From Utricularia gibba (taxonomy: Eukaryota > Plantae > Magnoliophyta), in contig NEEC01000004.1 of the NCBI GenBank assembly GCA_002189035.1, positions 3,224,001 to 3,288,000 on the forward strand: 64,000 nt of DNA, written 5' to 3'. Shown piece after piece: positions 38,501-50,899 of the stretch; position 1 is the first letter of the stretch, and each line of letters opens with the position of its first letter. The position numbers were made by a program, and so were the translations under genes. The notes under the pieces are model-generated. The model made no database searches, was not told the DNA's origin, and saw only the letters and a program-made list of their open reading frames with translations.

Positions 38501-39042
38501 CTTGCTGTGAACGGGAAACTCGTTGTAGACCTTGCCTTAGTTTATAAACATGTTTCTGTTTAAGCTTTTCATGTTTGCCTTTAAGTTTAACGTGCTTTTA
38601 CTGTTCCTGCGAACCATGCTTTGTTTCTGCAAACTATTACTCTGTTTTCAAGCGTTCCAAGCTGGGTTTAAGCCTAAGGGCTCTCTTGAGTGACACAAGA
38701 GCTAGACCTTGGTGTAAAACCCAGTCAAATTACTTTTATTTTATGTTTTATGCACCTTCACGTTAATTTCAATCCCTCTTCATCCCTGCAACTTGTTTAT
38801 TCCAGTAACTGTTATTTTACGTCTTACCCGCATTAGACTTAAATCCCAGAAAACCCCCCTGTTTCAAGTAACTGTGTTGAACTTCAGAAAATTGCAACCA
38901 TTCCCTGTGGATTCGACCCTTACTTGCCACGCTACATTAATTCTTGTGATTTGTGTAGTAGAATAGCTCGGTTTATAAATTTCTTTTGATGCGTTGAATG
39001 TGCTAAACCGCGACATTTAGCAACCCATTCCAACGTTCATCA
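29512..39042 (+). mobile_element. Young full-length Athila-type Ty3/gypsy element B nested in the 3' region of element A
   Basis: LTRs 29512-30730 and 37823-39042 (TGATAACAC...ATCA), about 9 substitutions plus 1 indel by eye. PBS TGGCGCTGTTGCCGGGGA at 30734-30751. TSD CTAAG / CTAGG (4/5 match). Confidence 0.95.
30780..36183 (+). pseudogene. gag-pol of element B (gag, aspartic protease, RT, RNase H, integrase), disrupted
   Basis: One frame from ATG 30780 (PLEPLDLEIERT) with in-frame stops at 30930, 31113, 32982 and 33681, frameshifts near 33890 and 34910, and a stop at 35638. Motifs AMADQGASIN (PR), VFMDDF (RT), [11 protein letters not shown] (RH), H..PCGGH..C..C and WGIDFMGPF (INT). Confidence 0.92.
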
Positions 39043-39299
39043 CTAGGCATGATCAATTCTAAAAATTTTAGCCTTATTCTTGGGAGCAAATGTACTTGAG
39101 GAGCATAGTGGGGATTTTTCATTAACAAAAACAAAAAGGAAAATCAAAACATGAAGCATGAAAACAGAAAAAAATTCAACAAAGTTTCACATATACGTCC
39201 TAATGCCCAGAAAATACTACAAAATAAAAAGAAACATAAACTCCTCCCCTACACTTAATTTTGAGGATGTCCTCATCATCAAGTGCAGCGGAGGGTACC

Positions 39300-40985
39300 T
39301 TAATCATGGGGCATGCGGTAGTGTGAAGCAGCAGCCATAAGAGTGTCCAACTTCGTGGAAAGCGCAGAAACTTGTTCCTGGAGACTCTGAATAGCTAGCA
39401 GCATGGTGTGCTTGGTGGGGATGGAGGGTGTAGTGCTCAAAGGAATGTCTGTTGGCGCACCATATGGATTCACAATGGAAGGAGGCATAGAAGTAATGGT
39501 ACTTTTGGTACCCGCTTGAACAAAAACGGCCTTCCCCTCAACCTCCTTCAGGTAGCTGCAAGAAAACAGGTCATCTAAATCTAGATAACAGAGATGATTA
39601 TCTACCTGAGGGGTCTGTTTTTCCAGGTTCACTTTCAAGTGTTGGGCAAGCTTGGTGATGAGAGAAGCAAATGGGAGCACTCTTTCATTTTTAGCGGTGA
39701 TGGAGTGCATTTGAGTTGCAATCCACCATCCCAAATTAATGGGGAGCTTCTTCATCATTACCCACAAAAAGAACACAATAACCTTGGAAATGGTGCTGGT
39801 GCCTTGTCGGGATGCGCTGTAACAGCCTCCCAAATACCTGTTAAGAACTAAAAGAGCAGGTGCCCTCAAGTAATGGGCCTTGAGTTTGCGTACAGAATAT
39901 GGGGGCTCACAGACAGATATTGAAGCATATGCATTCAGCACATTAAGATGTTCAGGATAATCACAGAAGGCTTGGAGGTAACGAGTAGTGGCTAAATCAG
40001 ATTCAGAAACGAAGCCTAAAGCCACATTAAAATCATTGATAGATATACGAAAATTTTTGCCTCCAAGGCGGAAAGAAATCAAATTTTCAGCAAGGGGATT
40101 TCAAACCACATCCTCAAACACAAAAGTAGTGTAAAATTCAAAAACAAGTTTGGGATAAACCGGAAGACTAATTTCAGAAAATTTTTGCCACTCAGGAGAA
40201 GCATCAAATAAGCGATTAATATCAGCAAGTAGATTCAAATGCACCAAAGTAGGCGTATGCAACTTAAAATCAAACAAAATTCTGCGCGAGGTCAAGAGAT
40301 TAAATAGAAGTTGAGCATTCTTATCTGAAAATTTCACAGTGTTTTTCAGCTGAGTCCAAGCAAGGGACTCCAGTGCTCGGTCTCGCCAGAATTTTGTGCG
40401 ACAGCGCTGTCCTTTACCTCGCTGTGTGGGCTGAGTTGCTTCATCTACATCCTGTTCTCCGGGAAGGAACTCTAGGCATGGCCCTTCATTAGCGGCACGC
40501 TCCATTTCAGAAATCCAGAGATCGACCTCTTCGTCGATGTTGATCTCTTCAGGGTAATCTTCGTCCTGTGCTAGAGAAGGGGATGAGTGAATAATAGGAA
40601 TTTCTTTTTCCGTACCTTTTTCTCCAGCAAGTTCTTTCGGTTGTATGGGCTGCGGGCTCTCGGGAGCAGAAATTGCTGCTGGGGAATTTGGTTCTGAGGA
40701 CTCAGGTGCGTTGGCAGCAACAGTAGCGGCAGCAGGGACTGGGTACCACTCCAGGTACAGCACCAGAGACACAATGGTAAGAGGCGTGGCTTCAATCGGA
40801 ACAGACTCCATCGCAGCGCCTAGAGATGGCTCATGAGCAGTGGGAACAGAAGCATCTGCTGGGTTGTTGGTGCGGCGACGCTGGGTCCTTCTGGATGGTC
40901 CAGCAGCAGCAGGTTGACGCTTTCGAGTTGCTGCCTTAGCAGCACTTTCGCTTCGGGTAACCGGAGATGTGGGGCGTCTAGACAT
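39300..40985 (-). pseudogene. Extra (env-like / Athila ORF1-like) ORF of element A, broken by a single in-frame TGA
   Basis: The 294-aa and 260-aa ORFs share one frame, separated only by TGA at 40101-40103. Motifs YPKLVFEFY, ISFRLGG, FFLWVM..INLGWWIA, LPFASLITKLAQHLKV resemble Athila accessory ORFs. Located between pol and the 3' LTR. Confidence 0.75.
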
Positions 40986-41344
40986 TGTGGGTCGGAAAAT
41001 CAGAGAATTTCAGGCGAGAGAAGGAAGAATTGGAGCGTAGGCACAACAGCGAAGTGGGGTAACAGTCAGTAAAAATGGGAATGCCAAAAGAGAAAAAGGG
41101 AGATTGAGTGTAGAAACGGTTAAGGGAGTAAGTGGTGGCGTGGGGCAGGTGAAAGTAAAGTCACTTGGAGTAATGGGTGATAAAAACGAGGAAATAGTAA
41201 CGGTTACGAAATTAAAGTCATGGGTTGCCTCTCATGCAACACCAATTTACAGTCATTGGCCGACTGTGACATCTGTTAATGGCCCTCGACTAGCAGTAAG
41301 CTGCACACACTGTGCGGCTTAAACTTCTCATAAAATGGCTTCAA

Positions 41345-44300
41345 TCAGTGTCCATTCACCTTAATGCTTTTCCCTGTCTCAAATGAGCGAATAATAACAG
41401 TACCAGAGGGAAAAACATTCACAACTTCATAAGGTCCAAGCCACTTAGAACGCAATTTACCGGGAAAGAGTTTCAAGGTAGTATCAAATAAGAGAACTTT
41501 TTGACCTACAAAGAATTGCTTCCCATGTAACTTACTATCATGGTAGCGTTTTACCATGATAGAGAACTTTTCACCTCTCTATTTGATATTTCCGCCATGC
41601 CATTTGTTTGGGGATGTCTAGCTGTGGACAGGCGGTGGTTGACTCCATATTTGGCCAATGCACTCTTGATGGCATGATTCACGAAATGGGAGCCACGATC
41701 TGAAATAATGATCTTGGGATGTCCAAACCTAGGGAACAAAATATTAGTCAAGAAACTACCCACGGTTTTGGCATCATCCCTTTCACAAGCAATGGCCTCC
41801 ACCCATTTAGAAACATAATCAACAGCAAGAAGTATGTAGAGCTTCCCTTGAGAAGGCGGAAATGGTCCCATGAAGTCAATGCCCCATGCATCAAAGATCT
41901 CACACATGATAATGGGTTGAAGGGGCATTTGATCCTTGTATCCCAAATTTCCTCCTCTTTGACAATTTGGGCACGCCTTGCAATGAAGGTAGGCATCCTT
42001 GAATATGGTAGGCCAATAAAATCCAGCCTCCAGAACCTTCTTTGCAGTAACTTTTGCACCAAAATGTCCACCGCAAGGTAGCTCATGGCAATGTGAAAGA
42101 ATAGAGTGCACTTCATCTTGGGGGATGCATCTCCTAATAATCTGATCAGTTCCGATTTTCCAGAGGTATGAATCATCCCAGATGAAATTCAGGCTATCAC
42201 TCCTCAATTTGTCCTTCTGGTAGTGCTGGAAATCTGCAGGAAACTGTCCAGTCACTAAAAAATTAACGATGTCAGCGTACCAGGGACTCTCGTCATGGAT
42301 CATGAATAAGTGTTCGTCCGAGAAACTGTCATCGATAAGACTTGATTTTTCTCCAGAAGTGATGCGGCTAAGATGGTTTGCAACTAAATTCTCGCATCCT
42401 TTCTTGTCCTTGATCTCCAAATCAAATTCTTGAAGCAATAAGATCCATCTTATGAGTCTAGGCTTCGAATCCTTCTTGGTGAGGAGATATCTTAGGGCGG
42501 CATGGTTTGAATAGACTATGACTTTGGCTTCTAGCAAATAAGATCGAAATTTTTCCAAGGCAAACACAATGGCCAGCAACTCCTTTTCTGTAATGGTGTA
42601 GCTCTTTTGGGCATCATCAAGACACCTGGATGCATAGTGGATAACATGGGATTGTTTATCCACCTTTTGTCCCAAAACCGCACCTAGAGCTACATCAGCA
42701 TCACACATTAGTTCAAATGGTAGGCTCCAATTTGGAGCCTGAATAATGGGAGCGGAAACAAGCTTCTCTTTCAAAACATCAAAGGCATGCATGCATTTTT
42801 CATCAAAATGAAACTCAACATCTTTATGCAATAAGGCACATAGAGGAGATGCAATTTTCGAAAAATCTTGAATAAACCTACGATAAAATCCAGCATGTCC
42901 AAGGAAAGAACGTACATCTCTCACACAAGTAGGATAAGGTAATTTTCGGATTACCTCAATTTTGGTCTTGTCAACCTCAATTCCCTTTTGGGAAACAACA
43001 TGTCCTAAAATGATACCTTGTTCTATCATGAAATGACATTTCTCATAATTCAAAACAAGGTTAGTCTCTACACAACGTTTCAGAATCAAAGACAAATTAG
43101 CAAGACATTCATCAAAGCTATTTCCATAAACCATAAAGTCATCCATAAAAACCTCTATAATATTCTCAACATATTCAGAAAAAATACTAACCATGCATCT
43201 CTAAAATGTTCCTGGTGCATTGCAAAGTCCAAAAGGCATTTTATGGTAAGCAAAAGTTCCAAAAGGGCAAACAAAAACAACCTTAGATTGGTCCTCAAGA
43301 GCCACGGGTATTTGATGGAAACCGGAGTATCCATCCAAGCAGCAATAATGGCTCCTTCCAGCAAGTCTTTCCAACATTTGGTTAATGAATGGAAGTGGGT
43401 AGTGGTCCTTCTTGGTGGCTGTGTTCAATTTTCGGTAATCTACGCACATTCGCCAGCCATTTTGCACTCTTGTAGGCAAGAGTTCCCTTGGTCATTGGCC
43501 ATGACTATGATACCTGTTTTCTTCGGGACAACCTGCATAGGGCTAACCCACTCACTATCAGAAATAGGATAGATTATACCTGCGGCCAATAACTTCAGAA
43601 TCTCCTTCTTGACCACTTCAATCATAGGTGGATTCAATCTCCTCTGGGGTTGGCGAATTGGCTTTGTTCCCTCCTCCAAATAGATGCGGTGAGTGCATAT
43701 GGAGGGGCTTATTCCTTTGATATCTGCCAATGTCCACCCAATTGCCTGTTTGTGCTCCTGGAGCACACTCCTGAGTTTTTCCTCCTGTTCTAGGGTTAGT
43801 GTACTAGAGATAATAACAGCTAAAGTCTCATTTTCACCCAGAAATAATTATTTCAAATGTTTAGGCAGTGTTTTTAACTCTAGTAATGGGGCATGAATAA
43901 CGGAAGGAATCAGCAGTTTCTCAGGCATTTCTAAACTCAGAAAAGCAACGTCAGAAAATTCAGGTTTTTCAGGAAAATAATCAAGATAATTTAAAAGTTT
44001 GGGATCAGAAAAAGAAATACGATCAGAATCAAAGTTTTCAGTAAGACATTTGAGCAAGGGATCTTGCTCATGGACCATCGCTAAGTGTTCTACATCTGCG
44101 TCAGATGTAGATATTGAGCAAATCTCGTTAATCTGGTCCGGATATTACATGGCTTTGTCCAGGCTAAAGTCCAGCACCTGTCCATCAAACTGTAGAGAAA
44201 TTGTGCCGGCTTGGACATCAATTTTGGTGCCTGCAGTAGCCATAAACGGTCGTCCCAAAATGATGGACTCCGAAATCATGGGATTTTCGCTCTCCATTGG

Positions 44301-46546
44301 AATAACTAAAAAGTCAGCAGGAAAAATCAAATTTTCAACATGCACAAACACATAATCAACTCTACCATCAGGCTTCACATGTGATCTATCAGCTAATTGA
44401 CAAACAATACTAGTAGGTTCAAGTTTACCTAGCTTAGATGCAAGAGAAAGATAGAGAGATCTAGGCATAACATTAACCGATGCTCCTAAATCACACATGG
44501 CCATTGAAATTTTTGTCTCACCAATAGTAATAGGTATGGAAAAATACCTGGATCCTTACATTTTCGTGGAAGCCTTCTCTGAATAATTGCTGAAATATTT
44601 TCAGTCAAGGGAATTACCTCTTCCACTTTTTCCTTCTTCTTGGGGTCACATAAATCCTTCAACATTTTCGCATATTTCGGCACTTGATCTATCATGTCCA
44701 GCAAGGGAATATTCACGTTCACCTTCTTCATCACTTCCATGAATGCTTTCAGTCCACGTTTGTCCTTATTTTTCCTGCGAAGTTTCATAGGAAAAGGAGG
44801 TGGAATGACTAGAGACTTGGGTTGATCAACTTCTTTCGACTCCTCCTCCTTCACTTCTTTAGGTGGCGTTGGTACATGAGTGTTCTGGACTGGAGAATCA
44901 TCAGGATGCTCTAAAATAATCTCCTCATCCACATCATCATCGTCATCCAAGACTTCCAATTCTTTTTCGTCAGATCTGTCCACCTTAGTCATGAACCATG
45001 GGTAAGGTTCCGGTAGATCCTTCCCACTTCTTAAGGATATGGCGTTGATGTGCTTTGGGTTCTTCACTAGTTGGGATGGCAGTGCTCCTTGCGTCGCCAG
45101 TCGGTTCATGGCTTGCAACAGCTGGGTGATTTGAGTTTGCATGCTTGTAATTCGTCCATCCATGTCTTTTTGCGCAGCATGCATTTTGATGGTGCTTTCG
45201 GCAAGGGACTTCACCATGGACTCCAGATTATGATTTGGCTGATAAGGAACAAGAGGTTGATCTGGAACTCCAGTGATTTGCAAAGGTTGAGGCGGAGCAG
45301 TGAGAGTTTTCTGAGAAACAGCAGAAGGGTTCCCTAGTGATGGGGCTTGACCAGGAGGCACTGGTTGTCTCCAGCGGAAACCAGGATGATCTCTTCGTGG
45401 CATTTGGTAGTTTCCGTAATTATAACTTCCTTCTTGGTTCTGGTAGAATGCATTCACCTCTTCTACTGGCATCTCGTGTATCATAGGTCCTGGATCAGAA
45501 AGATGAGAGGTTGAAGATCCGTGATACTTTCCTTGTTGTTGGAGAAGTGATTGGAAGCCAAGCTTCAAGGTATCACTCATAGCAGCAAGTTGAGCTAAAA
45601 CTTCGGAATTATCCACTTCGTGCACTGATTTTACAGGCTGAGAATTTCCTCCAGGTGCTCGGTATGAGTAGTCATAACGACTGGAAGTAGAATAAGAGTT
45701 GGCAGCCATTTGTTCTATCAATCTTCGGGCGTCAGCGCTGTGGCGGTTCTCTAGTAATGACCCATTACAAGTGGCATCCATTTGTCCTCTGATCATGGGG
45801 GTCAGTCCTTCGTAGAAATGTTGTAAAATTTGACCTTCAGTAAGCCCATGTTGTGGATAAGTATTACAGATCCGGTTGAATCTGTCATAATACTCTTGTA
45901 AATTCTCTCCTTCACTTTGTAGCATGGTAGCTAAAACTCTTCTTCCCGCGGAGGCTCTTCCTAGGGGCGCATATCTATCAAGAAACTTTTGAACCATTTG
46001 CTCCCAAGTAGCAATAGAGGACGGAGGTAGTCCATACAACCACTCCAAGGCTCGCTCAGTGAGACTGAAAGGGAAGACCCGCAGCTTGACTTGGTTCTTC
46101 GTAGCACCTTTTGGGCGCATGGATGCACAAGCCGTGTGCAACTCTCTAAGATGACGATTTGGGTCGTCATTTTCTCTCCCAACAAACTTAGGTAGTGTCT
46201 GGAACAAATATGGTCGAAGCTCAAAGTCCTCTTCCGCGTCAAAGATGATACAAAGTGGTCGGTCAGCATGGCTGGCGGTGATTTCTTCTTTGATGGTCCT
46301 TAGTGCTGGGCCATGATTAGTGATCGGCAGAACTGGAAAAAATTGCGGATGCTGTTGCTCCTGTTCTCCATGCATTGTTGGGGCTCCAGTAGGTGGTTGA
46401 GCATCCATTTCTTCGTCAGGAGATAGATTTCAAGTTAGTTCCCTCTTTTCCGCCAGAAATGTGCGCTCAATCTTCGGATCTAAAGGGCACAAGATGTCTC
46501 GGTATGATCTTAAGCTTCGGTGTCCTTTTGGTGGAGCTGAAGGCAT
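41345..46546 (-). pseudogene. gag-pol of element A, disrupted
   Basis: Gag N-terminus LDPKIERT followed by a 640-aa ORF (46408-44486); protease AMCDLGASVN (44504-44145); [21 protein letters not shown] and VFMDDF; RH; integrase WGIDFMGPF. Several stops and frameshifts. Confidence 0.92.
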
Positions 46547-47494
46547 AAAAACAGAGAAAAACAGCAGCAAAACGGAAATAAAAGAAAAACAAGAAGAAAG
46601 AAAGAAAAAGAAAAGAAAAAGAAAAACTATCCACAACACTAAACACAAAAATATACAATTCCCTGGCAGCGGCGCCAAAAATTTGTTGCGTGTCGTTTCC
46701 TCAACAAATTTTAAATATTTTAAAACGTAAAACACTAGAAAGCGTAGTACGAGTATCGATCTCAGGGAGTTGTTTTTCGTGAAAAGTGTTTGCAAGCAAC
46801 TTCTACAAAATGTCACGGTTTTGTAAAAGAGGGTTTTTAAGATGCAGAAATGAAAGATACAACTTAAGTAATGGGCCTTGACTATGGGATGCAGTTCCTG
46901 GGAATAAGACTCCATCTGCTTCCTTTGTCCATCCTTGCCTCGGTTTTCACAGATTTCTTCCGAATAGCTAGTTATAGGAGCAAGGAATAACCTACTCTCC
47001 CTTACACTCTGATTGACAAGGAGGCACAAGAATAGCCTCATGTGATTCCCCCTTGGACGATTAGGAACACAAGAGGATTGCCTTCGATTGCCTTCAAAAC
47101 CGAATTGTGCACATGTGCCCAGCTGTTGCCAATGGCCAGTGGTAGCTCTGAGGTCACAACCTGTCCACTGTCGCGGTACCTAGGCCACAAACAATCTGCT
47201 ACTTCCCTCGAACCAGCAGGGTTGGAGTTGGTGCTCTTCACCTTGATCTTCACCAAAATCCGCGAGAAGTGGCCTGCTACTCATGGACCTTGACTAAGAG
47301 TCATTACAGAAAGACTGGAACAAGACGCATGGAAGTATGCGGAATCCGAATTGAATTCAGTGAAGAACCGAGTGTATTGCTCAGGACTTGGAAGTAAACT
47401 TCATCTACTTCCCAGAAACTAAAGGTTTTTAGCCCAAAAGGGCCATAGAAACAGAAACGAAAAGGAAGCTAAGTGTTCTTCCTCCTTGACAGGT

Positions 47495-47639
47495 TTTTAC
47501 AAAACCGTGACATTTTGTTGAAGTTGCTTACAAAACACTTTTCACGAAAAACAAATCCCTGTGATCGATACTCGTACTACGCTTGTCGGTGTTTTACGTT
47601 TTAAATATTTAAAATTTGTTGAGGAAACGAGACGCAACA
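47495..47639 (+). mobile_element. 3'-terminal fragment of another family-A LTR, inverted relative to element A
   Basis: Reverse-complement similarity (roughly 90-93% by eye) to 46684-46830; ends GAGACGCAACA. Confidence 0.85.
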
Positions 47640-47962
47640 GCTCCAAATCTTATCTTTTCATAAGGGCGGCTACTTTCAATGGAAAGTGACTATTGCACAA
47701 CTTTTCTGTCCCTTTTGACTTGTCAACACGGAAAATGCGCTACTACAATACTAGCTCTTACCTTATTAAGACTTAAAACACAGACTAGACGAAATATTAG
47801 AGGTTTTGGCTCAATTGTTGCCAATTGAGCATGTTTTCACAATAAACACATTTAAACAGACTAAATACACAAAAGGAGACAATTTAGCATACAAAACAAC
47901 ATTTGACCCTACAAAACACTCCTAAAAATACATATAAAAACACAATAAAAATAGTGTTATCA
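47640..47962 (-). mobile_element. 5'-terminal fragment of a diverged family-B LTR (minus orientation)
   Basis: Reverse complement reads TGATAACACTATTTTTATTG...GCTCAATTGGCAACAATTGAGCC...GTAGCCGCCCT, like 29512-29830 but clearly more diverged. Confidence 0.85.
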
Positions 47963-48039
47963 GCTACCTATATCACAACAAAAGATTTTATTAGAAACAA
48001 GCTATTTAAAGTCACATCCTAAGCATTATGGTACTTTTT

Positions 48040-48480
48040 GTGTGAAGAAGATAATTAGTGAGTTGGCCTATGAGTTGGGACTACCCACTCAAGTGAATTC
48101 CCATCCTGTTTTTCATGTATCACAACTCAAACTTTTCAAAGGGGAACTTTTGGCAACCACTTCTCTACTATAGCCTTCCATCCAAGAAAAGATGGTAGTG
48201 TCAAATGCGTTGTTAGAAGGAACCACTAACTTACAGAAGCAATATGGGAGCAATATGATGACCCACAAGAAAGATTTGCGGGGTCACAATTTCCAACTGA
48301 AGCGAACAAGAATGTCATGTAGGTGAATGACAATCAAAACCTGTCATCAATGTGAGAGGGTCTCAAGCCACCTAACAAGTTTGACATTGTCTACTCGAGA
48401 CATTCCAAACAAGTTATGGAAGCCACTTATTGGAAGTTACCTTTTAGAGAGAGAAGGTGAATAAAGGCAATGCTGGTAAA
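48040..48480 (+). mobile_element. Possible highly decayed Ty3/gypsy pol fragment (RNase H-integrase junction)
   Basis: Stretch near 48170-48225 resembles the YHPGKANVVADALSR codon block, and near 48410 a C..K.EHQ-like segment; heavily mutated. Confidence 0.3.
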
Positions 48481-49440
48481 GTGATTGAGGTGCGAAAAAA
48501 TTAGTTAATTTTTTATGTTTTGGAATTAAAGCTATAGTTTAACATAAGTGTAAGGGTTCAGGTCCTTATCTCACTTCTACTTCATCTTCCTTAGTTAATT
48601 CCATCAGTTGTTCATGTCCCATTATGTATTTAAAATCCCAAAATCCATCACCCATCTGAAAACACCCAAATAAACATGCACATTGAGGATGATCATAGAT
48701 TCAATGACACCAAAATGTATTTAATTAGTTGATTGGGGAGCTATTTTTTTTTTAAAGTTTTCAAAAGGATGTGTTTGATTGTAAGTATGAGAAGTATTAT
48801 TATTAAAGATTAATTTATAGGATGGGATGGGAGTTGACTTTTTGATAACCTATTTGGATGTGATTAGAGTTAGTTGGTATTAATTTCACAACCCTAAAAG
48901 GTAATATTTTTATAATAGAAAACTAAAATAAACATATATCCTTATAAGATAAAGAGAAAATCTCGAATTCAAATGAGGATGTACTTTGTATGAGGAATTT
49001 GAAATCCGTATTAGTAATTCTATTAAATCTTTTTCTGCCAACCAAACCCATTTTAGTAATGCCTTTAAGGCCTCGTTTGTTAGGTGGGTTTAGCCTTGTA
49101 AATCCTTAGGTAAAAAGTGTTGTATGTGTTTGTTGTGGTGGTTTAATAAAATCCAAGGGTTTGTATTATCCCGAAATAAGCTTGTAGCTGATGATTTCAC
49201 AAAACCCACGTGTGAGAAGGGTTTTGAGAAACTCATCTCACACAAATACAAATTTTTCGATAATACGCTTCTACTCCATAAGCAAATCCGCAACAATAAA
49301 TCTATGTAATTTTTTCATCCTCTTCAACACAAATCTGTCAGGTTTTTGTAGTTACATGGTGAGTGATTTCGAATTCTGATATTTCGATGAAAACCCATAC
49401 TTCAATTTAAGCCAAGAGTTCTTATTTTTTTGTTTCGCAT

Positions 49441-50830
49441 ATGATGGAGTCGGGTGATTTTTTTTCGAAAATTGCAATAGGTTGTGCATTGCTTATTGAG
49501 GCTGTTGCAATGGTTTCAAAGAAGATTATTTTAGCTGCCCTTGTTGCGGCGCATTGCATTGGTCAACACCTATGTGTTATGCGAATTATGATTATTATAA
49601 TGTTGCATTTCTGCTGTATATCAACCGATAGGAGAATTCGATTCGCATACCGAGAAAAGATATCGCGACAAATAGAGCATTTGACTGACTTGTTATCTAA
49701 TTCAAAGAATGTTTGTCTTGAAACTTACGCTTAAGTGCATATGTCTTCAACAAGTTATGCTATGTTCTTCGAAGTAATGGTGGACTAACCACTTCAAGGT
49801 CTGTCGATGTTCTAAAGCAGGTTGCATTATTTTTGGGTATTTTAGGTCATCACAGAAAAACAAGGCAACAAAAATTCGAATTCATGTGAAGCAGTTCGAC
49901 AGTGTCGAAATATTTCAATGTGGTATTGTCCGCGGTGTTGTCATTGCACCATAATTTACTTAAGACATCTGTGTCAATTGATGTTTCTGATCCTAATTCT
50001 AGCTTCAGATTTTTCGAGGTATGCAAGCAAATTTTTCATTGTAGTTGTGGATGTGCAACGTGTATTTTGCATGATGTAACTTTCTTGTCTATTTTTCAGA
50101 ATTTATTGGGTGCATTGGATGGTTCATATTTTTAGTTGAAAGTCAAGAATCAGAATAAATCAAAGTGGAGGAATCGTGTCCACTAATGTGTTAGGAGTGT
50201 GTGATTATAAGCTCATGTTTATCTATTTGTTGTTCGATTGGGAGGGATCTACTGTTGATAGCAGGGTGCTGCGAGATGCAATTTGTCGACAAAGACCATT
50301 CACTGTATGCAAAGGTAAATGCTTACAATGTGTAGAATTCCATAGTTATGAGTAACTTTCATGCATTTCATTTTTTTGTAGAGCATTATTACTTGTGTGA
50401 TATAGCACCCTACAGGGGTGTTCGGTACCATCTGAAAGAGTGTGGTGCCGGGTCCAATGCTCCACAGAATGCAAAGAAATATTTCAACATGCGGCATGCT
50501 TCTGCGAGGAATGTTATTGAGAGGGCATGGGGTCTAATGAAAATGAGGTGGGGTATTTTACGAAGTTATAGTTTTTATCTCATTAAAACACAAACTCATA
50601 TCATCCTCGTATGTGCCTTGCTTCACAATTTTATTCATCGAGAAATTTCAACTGATCCATGGGAAGAAGTCATTCCGGAAGAGTACCACAATCTGGTTTC
50701 ATAGGACTATGAAGATGATGAACATATTTCCTCCATAGGAAACTCACAAGAGTGGACACATTGGCGGGATTCAATGGCAGAGAGAATGTTTGCGCAATGG
50801 AGAGAGAACACACGAAGAAGGATATAACGT
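49441..50830 (+). pseudogene. Harbinger transposase (HARBI1/DDE_Tnp_4-like nuclease), decayed, intron-containing
   Basis: Fragments QVALFLGILGH, TVSKYFNVVL.AV, LGALDGSY, NVLGVCD, WEGSTVDSRVLRDA, YYLCD..PYRGVRYHLKE, FNMRHASARNVIERAWGLMKMRWGIL, CALLHNFI. Stops and frameshifts present. Confidence 0.85.
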
Positions 50831-50899
50831 GTACTAATGAATGCTGATATTTTATCGGTTTGGTTTAAAGACATTTTATTTCTTCAATAGTTGGTGCGC

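Larger units (their letters stand above)
27605..47489 (-). mobile_element. Athila-type Ty3/gypsy LTR retrotransposon, element A (minus strand; 5' LTR truncated; interrupted by element B)
   Basis: 3' LTR 27605-28911 (minus: TGTTAAGTGTC...GACACGCAACA) preceded by PPT AAGTGTGGGGGA. 5' LTR remnant 46684-47489. tRNA-Asp-type PBS TGGCGCCGCTGCCAGGGA at 46660-46677. Domain order gag-PR-RT-RH-INT, followed by an env-like ORF. Confidence 0.9.

Noticed and set aside
29848-38766. Pairs of identical small ORFs (e.g. 29885/38196, 29944/38255) as duplicated genes
   Set aside because: They lie inside the two LTRs of element B and are incidental reading frames. The same applies to the ORFs repeated at 27724-28212, 46430-47293 and 51234-51956 in family-A LTRs.
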